Origin: Pyrodictium delaneyi
GTDB taxonomy: Archaea; Thermoproteota; Thermoprotei_A; Sulfolobales; Pyrodictiaceae
Reading direction: 5' to 3'
DNA length: 32,000 bases
NCBI RefSeq assembly: GCF_001412615.1
Contig: NZ_CP013011.1
Coordinates: forward strand, 660,001 to 692,000
Below, piece by piece: positions 28,566-32,000 of this stretch. The notes under the pieces are model-generated. The model was not told where the DNA came from, made no database searches, and worked only from the letters and a program-made list of their open reading frames with translations. The position numbers and the translations under genes are program-made. Numbering within the stretch: position 1 is the first letter of the stretch; each line of letters starts with the position of its first letter.

Positions 28566-29503
28566 CCAGCCTTAGAGCCATAGCCGCCAGCCTAGGCGTG
28601 CCCTACGTTACCGCGTACCGTAGCCTCTGGCGCCTACTGGGCATTGGGCCCCGGCACATGAGGCGCATGGATAATCCCGACGTGGGAATTATCCACGGAG
28701 GCGCCGTGGAGACAGTAATCAAGGCAGCGCTGGCCCTGGCAAGGAGGAATCTAGCCTACTACACGCTGTCGCCAGTACCCCTCTGGCCGTGGCTGCTGGT
28801 CCCCGTCAAGTCCGTGGACGCGCTGGAGAAGCTACTGGAGAGCATGAGGAGGCTGGGGGCGAGGCCCAGCAGCGTTATCCTCGACGTGGGCATAATGGAC
28901 TGGTTCAACGGTAGAACCGCGGAGTACAGCGACAAGTTCTGGGACACGCTGTGGGAGGCCGTCGACAGGCTACGGGAGCTGGCCCGGGAGTACGGGTTCG
29001 AGTGGAGGATAGTGCTCCCCGACGTGCCGGCCACTGTGCCGGATAACGTCCCGCTGACCATGAGGCTGCAGGAGCGGCTCCTCAGCGAGCACCCCGAGCT
29101 ACCGTGGATACCGGTCGCGCAGGCTAGCCGGGAGACGCCCCACACAGAGCACCTAGCGTGGCTAGTGGAGACCGGCGTCGTGGAGAAGTATGGCTGCGTG
29201 GCGCTGGGCTCGCTGAAGCTCCTAGCCGGCAGGAAGAAGGCATTGTGGAGGGATGCTGTCTACAGGTCCCGGGGCCTCCTCGAGGAGCACGGGCTAGCCA
29301 ACGTCCGGCTCCACTTGTTCGGCGCGCCGCTCGACATCGTGGCCGCCGAGAAGCTGCCGCCGGGCTCATGGGACAGCAAGACGTGGACCTTCCCCAGGGT
29401 GCCCTACCTCTGGTCGGCCAAGGACGGGTCCATGCGCATAGTCTACTTCACGACGTTCCTCGAGCGCCTCGTAGAGCTGCTCGTGGAGCATGGTGGTGGC
29501 TAG
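28562..29503 (+). CDS. HTH-fused TGT-superfamily transglycosylase, DpdA-like (putative DNA-guanine transglycosylase)
   Basis: N-terminal HTH (LRAIAASLGVPYVTAYRSL). The series ILDVGIMDW, VLPDVP, VALGSLK, RLHLFGAP and SWDSKTW mirrors the ArcTGT/DpdA DSG..., HLFGAG... and ...DS motifs with similar spacing. No CxCxxC Zn site and no PUA or C-terminal tRNA-binding domains. The longest ORF from 28397 is unlikely. Confidence 0.55.
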   Translation: MTSLRAIAASLGVPYVTAYRSLWRLLGIGPRHMRRMDNPDVGIIHGGAVETVIKAALALARRNLAYYTLSPVPLWPWLLVPVKSVDALEKLLESMRRLGARPSSVILDVGIMDWFNGRTAEYSDKFWDTLWEAVDRLRELAREYGFEWRIVLPDVPATVPDNVPLTMRLQERLLSEHPELPWIPVAQASRETPHTEHLAWLVETGVVEKYGCVALGSLKLLAGRKKALWRDAVYRSRGLLEEHGLANVRLHLFGAPLDIVAAEKLPPGSWDSKTWTFPRVPYLWSAKDGSMRIVYFTTFLERLVELLVEHGGG

Positions 29504-29505
29504 CC

Positions 29506-29745
29506 GTGGCCAAGGTGATTCTACGGCCGGGGCTCTACAGGGAGGTGATTGCGGGGATGGTGTGGATGCTGCTCCGGCTGGAGGGCTGTATGGGGCCCAG
29601 GGAGGTTGCTGAGAGGCTCCGCCAGCTCGGCCTCGACGCTAGCCGCGGCAAGATCAACGACGCGCTCGTGGAGTACACGGGGAGGCTCTTCCGTAGGATG
29701 AAGATGGACGGGCACGTCGTATACTGCGCGGAGGAGAGGGTGTGA
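29506..29745 (+). CDS. Small wHTH-like protein (hypothetical)
   Basis: GTG at 29506 is 2 nt after the upstream stop, in frame with the 29158..29745 ORF. PREVAERLRQLGLDASRGKINDALVEY. Confidence 0.4.
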   Translation: MAKVILRPGLYREVIAGMVWMLLRLEGCMGPREVAERLRQLGLDASRGKINDALVEYTGRLFRRMKMDGHVVYCAEERV

Positions 29746-29751
29746 GGGGCC

Positions 29752-30117
29752 GTGGCTGTGAGTGTTGAGCGTGTCGGTGGCGGGCTGCGGGTCTGCGTGG
29801 ACCGGGACATGGAGTGCGAGCGTGTGAGGGCCGAGCTGCGCGCCGTAGTGGAGAGGCTCGCCGGGGAGCTCGGAGCCGAGTACAGCAGGGCCGCGCGGCA
29901 GCGCTTCCGGCGCCTAAGAAACCTCCTGGAGCTCGACCTCTTCCACGCCATGTGCGCCATGGAGGCGTCCGCTGGCTGCCTCACGGTAGACCGGTGGGTG
30001 CGGAGAGCGAGGATGCTCCTCCGGTTCGAGCAGGGCCCCGCATGGGGGTGTACCGGGGTTCTACTGCGAGGAGGGGCATGGAGATGGGATTGCAGAGCAG
30101 TAGAGGCTGATGACTAG
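29752..30117 (+). CDS. Hypothetical protein
   Basis: GTG start 6 nt after the upstream stop. No motif recognised. Confidence 0.4.
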   Translation: MAVSVERVGGGLRVCVDRDMECERVRAELRAVVERLAGELGAEYSRAARQRFRRLRNLLELDLFHAMCAMEASAGCLTVDRWVRRARMLLRFEQGPAWGCTGVLLRGGAWRWDCRAVEADD

Positions 30118-30137
30118 CGGCCGGAGGTGAGCCTCCT

Positions 30138-30752
30138 TTGCCCGGCGAGCGGTGGGCTAGGGAGAGGATGGGGCTAGCACTCAACGCGTATAACGAGTTT
30201 ATGCTGGCCGTGGCCCGTTCCCTGAGGTTTGTGCGTGAGAAGCTGGGGCTGGAGGGGCTGCGCCCCCGCTTCGACGAGGGCAGCAGCGATAGGAGGGTCT
30301 TCCTCATCGAGGTAGAGCTCCCGGCCTCAGCGCCCCTGGTGATAGCGGTCTACTCCACCACGGAGGAGGCTCGGCCGCTCACCTGGAGCAGGGTGGAGGC
30401 GAAGCTCCGCCGGCTACGCCGCTACGCGGCCCAGCGGGCCCCGCCAGCCCGGGACACCTTCGTAGCCGTCGTGACGGCGTCGCCCCGGGCCCGGGCCACA
30501 GGCCCCGCCCAGAAGAGGGCCAGGAGGAGCAAGGTGGCCCTAGGCACGGTAAAGGACGCCCTAAAGGCGCTACGGGGCTACCTGGTCAAGAGGCTCCGGG
30601 GGCTAATCAAGAGCCTCAGGGAGAAGGAGGCCAAGGCCTACGGCGAGCTGGCAGAGCTGCTCCGCGTCCTCTACCTCCTAGCCTCCAGGCTAGGGCCAGT
30701 CGGCATACCCCTCCACGAAGTCGAGGCCATGATTCGCGCCCGCCGCGCCTAG
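30138..30752 (+). CDS. Hypothetical basic protein, last gene of the operon
   Basis: TTG start preceded by GGAGGTGA. Arg/Lys-rich helical C-terminal half. Confidence 0.45.
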   Translation: MPGERWARERMGLALNAYNEFMLAVARSLRFVREKLGLEGLRPRFDEGSSDRRVFLIEVELPASAPLVIAVYSTTEEARPLTWSRVEAKLRRLRRYAAQRAPPARDTFVAVVTASPRARATGPAQKRARRSKVALGTVKDALKALRGYLVKRLRGLIKSLREKEAKAYGELAELLRVLYLLASRLGPVGIPLHEVEAMIRARRA

Positions 30753-30783
30753 CCAGCCAAGGACCCCCTATGCGCATTTGGTT

Positions 30784-30803
30784 AAAAGGTAATACTACCT
30801 TTT
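30784..30803 (+). terminator. Perfect 8-bp hairpin ending in a T-run just after the operon
   Basis: AAAAGGTA (30784-30791), loop ATAC, TACCTTTT (30796-30803). About 30 nt after the stop codon at 30750-30752. Confidence 0.4.
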
Positions 30804-30849
30804 CCCTTAATCGCTAACCTCTCCTAATGGGTAATACGTGTAGAACAAG

Positions 30850-31270
30850 TTACCAGGCCCCAGGCTATAGCCTGTAGCCTGTCCCAGGGCAGACCGGTTC
30901 TCCTCGAGCTATCCCCGGTAAACTGGTCCTAGAACAAAGGCGGCCGGAACTGTCCTGGGGCAAGGCCTGGGCCGGAAGTATTCCATGTTGTCAACGGGTG
31001 TGAGCTCTCCCCGGGATCCCCTATGCCCGGTGGAGTAGCTTCGGCCGGGTGCAGACACCGCCGCTTCTATGGCTGGGGCCTATCGCCTGACAGCCATGAC
31101 ATGGCAAGGCTTATCGCCTAACCACCGGGTAAGCCCACAGAGTAAGATTAGCTGCCAGGCTGACGTATTCTCCTCGAGCTCGCAGCTGTTAGCCCGTCTG
31201 CAGAGGAGAGGCATGTGGAGTTGCACGGGGCCGGGGCCTCTTCGCCTGAGCTCTCCCTAAACACGTGGTG
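30850..31270. other. ORF-free, relatively GC-rich, repeat-containing segment; candidate structured ncRNA or decayed/att-type sequence
   Basis: Only one implausible 63-aa ORF. Duplicated 13-mer TTCTCCTCGAGCT (30898, 31168), 11-mer TGAGCTCTCCC (31001, 31247), palindromes CAGGCTATAGCCTG (30861) and GCCATGACATGGC (31093). Confidence 0.25.
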
Positions 31271-31287
31271 GGAGTCAATCCGGGCCT

Positions 31288-31344
31288 AGAATACTACAAA
31301 GTATTCTTTCCATAGTAGTATACATGTTATTTATACTACTGTGG
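31288..31344. repeat. Two adjacent AT-rich inverted repeats
   Basis: AGAATACT/AGTATTCT (31288-31295 / 31300-31307, loop ACAA). CCATAGTAGTATA / TATACTACTGTGG (31310-31322 / 31332-31344, one T-G mismatch). Confidence 0.6.
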
Positions 31345-31480
31345 TTTGCAGAGGGGGTTCTTTCACCGCTGGGTTCTTTGCCTGGTCTCTCTTTGTCGGT
31401 TGAGTGCTCTCAGTTTAGCATCCTTTGCTCTGTGGTGATTCGTGGCTGTGGCGGTTAGCCTGCTGCGCGAACGCTATTCG

Positions 31481-32000
31481 CTATTCACGGTTCGCCTCCG
31501 GCCATGGACATAGGTCTTTTGAGGGGTAGAGTATCTTTGCGAGGATTGTGGCGGTGTAGACCGGGCCTTGGGGTCTGCATTCTATCTCTGCTAGTCCTAG
31601 GTCTAGGAGTCTCTTCACCTTGTACACGACATGGTCTGAGGGCTCATTAACGGCGTCTGCGAGCTCCCTTAGCGTGCGGGGCTTCTCTATTATGAGCCTG
31701 ACTAGCCGGCTGTCTACTGCTAGTGTATTGAGCGGGTCCAGGAGCCTCGGCGGCGGTAGTATGGTGTAGACTTCCTTCTTCTTCCCCTTGCTCTCTATGT
31801 TGTATACGAGCACCTCTATTGAGGGTGGGTATATGCCTCCTATGTAGTCTATCGCGGCTGCTGTGTAGAAGAGCACTATTGTGAGCCATTCGTGGCTGAG
31901 CGGTAGTATTATCTTCACAGCGTGGATGTGCGTGTTTGGCTCGTCGAGTACGCGTAGATAGCATGCGGTCAGCTTCGCAATGTTGTCCTCTATGGGCTTT
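31481..32000 (-). CDS. wHTH (ArsR-like) protein, probably partial (frame open to the window end)
   Basis: RLVRLIIEKPRTLRELADAVNEPSDHVVYKVKRLLDLGLA. The track starts it at GTG 31918, but my translation of the same frame upstream (KPIEDNIAKLTACYLRVLDEPNTHIHAV) has no stop up to position 32000. Confidence 0.5.
   Translation of the reverse strand, partial: KPIEDNIAKLTACYLRVLDEPNTHIHAVKIILPLSHEWLTIVLFYTAAAIDYIGGIYPPSIEVLVYNIESKGKKKEVYTILPPPRLLDPLNTLAVDSRLVRLIIEKPRTLRELADAVNEPSDHVVYKVKRLLDLGLAEIECRPQGPVYTATILAKILYPSKDLCPWPEANRE

Larger units (their letters stand above)
23735..32000. mobile_element. Candidate integrated genetic element or accessory island abutting tRNA-Val (boundaries undefined; may extend past the window end)
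   Basis: Gene content changes abruptly at the tRNA 3' end to short unrecognisable ORFs rich in AbrB/RHH/wHTH folds and a TGT-like module. No integrase or att repeat was found in the window. Confidence 0.3.

Noticed and set aside
26612-30307. Many long ORFs on the minus strand and in alternative plus frames inside the GC-rich operon. Examples: 26813-27190, 27267-27704, 27623-27979, 27692-27997, 28073-28525, 28759-29145, 29158-29505 (the upstream part of the 29158 ORF), 29535-29984, 29981-30307.
   Set aside because: At roughly two-thirds G+C, stop codons are rare in all frames. These translations are Arg/Pro/Ser/Ala-rich low-complexity strings. They overlap ORFs that have recognisable motifs, ribosome-binding motifs and coupled start/stop junctions.
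30850-31270. RNase P RNA or SRP (7S) RNA in the GC-rich non-coding core
   Set aside because: I could not find GAGGAAAGUCC (CR-I) or a convincing ACAGAA..GGCUUA element, nor the SRP helix-8 GGAA tetraloop with flanking AGCA/GG motif, on either strand. It is left as an unclassified ncRNA candidate.
31221-31290. Possible degenerate tRNA 3'-half (attR): CACGG..CCGGGG and GTCAATCCGGGCC resemble parts of tRNA-Val
   Set aside because: The matching pieces are not collinear (about 50 nt apart here, about 20 nt in the tRNA). No T-arm can be folded, and the identities are short GC-rich strings.
31310-31375. Archaeal origin-recognition-box (ORB) element near ACTGTGGTTTGCAGAGGGGG
   Set aside because: It lacks the TTCCA..TGGAA dyad of ORB and mini-ORB sites. 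Only the G-run is reminiscent.

Overview
All calls below come from reading translations and motifs by eye. No database search was run.

**Overall.** This looks like a chromosomal window from a hyperthermophilic crenarchaeote. The evidence is the diphthine synthase, GPN-loop GTPase, Clp1-type kinase and beta-RFAP synthase genes, the ATA/AGG-rich codon usage, and GGTGA/GGAGG ribosome-binding motifs inside operons. I cannot name the species.

**Positions 1-23.6 kb: ordinary housekeeping genes.**
- Pyrimidine genes: pyrB (partial), pyrE and pyrF on the minus strand, and pyrG on the plus strand.
- Regulators: Lrp, Fur, a CBS-pair regulator and a ribbon-helix-helix (RHH) protein.
- Others: NfeD protease, M20 hydrolase, dphB, MoeA, a MoaD-like protein and a DHH phosphoesterase.
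- A beta-RFAP synthase / DUF1464 / hexulose-phosphate synthase cluster.

**From 23.7 kb to the window end: accessory, mobile-element-like DNA.** tRNA-Val(CAC) lies at 23657-23734, and everything after it has this character. There are about 15 short, mostly unrecognisable ORFs, and many encode small DNA-binding folds (AbrB, RHH, winged helix-turn-helix (wHTH)).

**Most interesting region.** An 11-gene, translationally coupled plus-strand operon runs from 25981 to 30752. Hand counts on three sampled lines give about 67-68% G+C. It is driven by a TATA box followed directly by a perfect 16-bp palindrome.

At its core (27318-29503) are four genes:
- a DUF5591/ArcS-like protein carrying a PCx3KPYx2S motif;
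- two small Cys-rich proteins, one with CX3CX2C;
- an HTH-fused TGT-superfamily protein with ArcTGT/DpdA-like HLFGA...DS motifs, but no Zn site and no tRNA-binding domains.

I read this as a candidate element-borne system that modifies DNA with 7-deazaguanine (archaeosine/preQ0-type), using the host preQ0 supply.

**Secondary observations.**
- A membrane coiled-coil protein paired with a Panacea-like protein.
- An apparent frame switch in a small membrane gene.
- A 728-bp ORF-free, repeat-rich gap between convergent genes.
- A GC-rich ORF-poor spacer at 20.1-20.4 kb.

I found no integrase, att duplication, CRISPR array, IS element or rRNA in the window.
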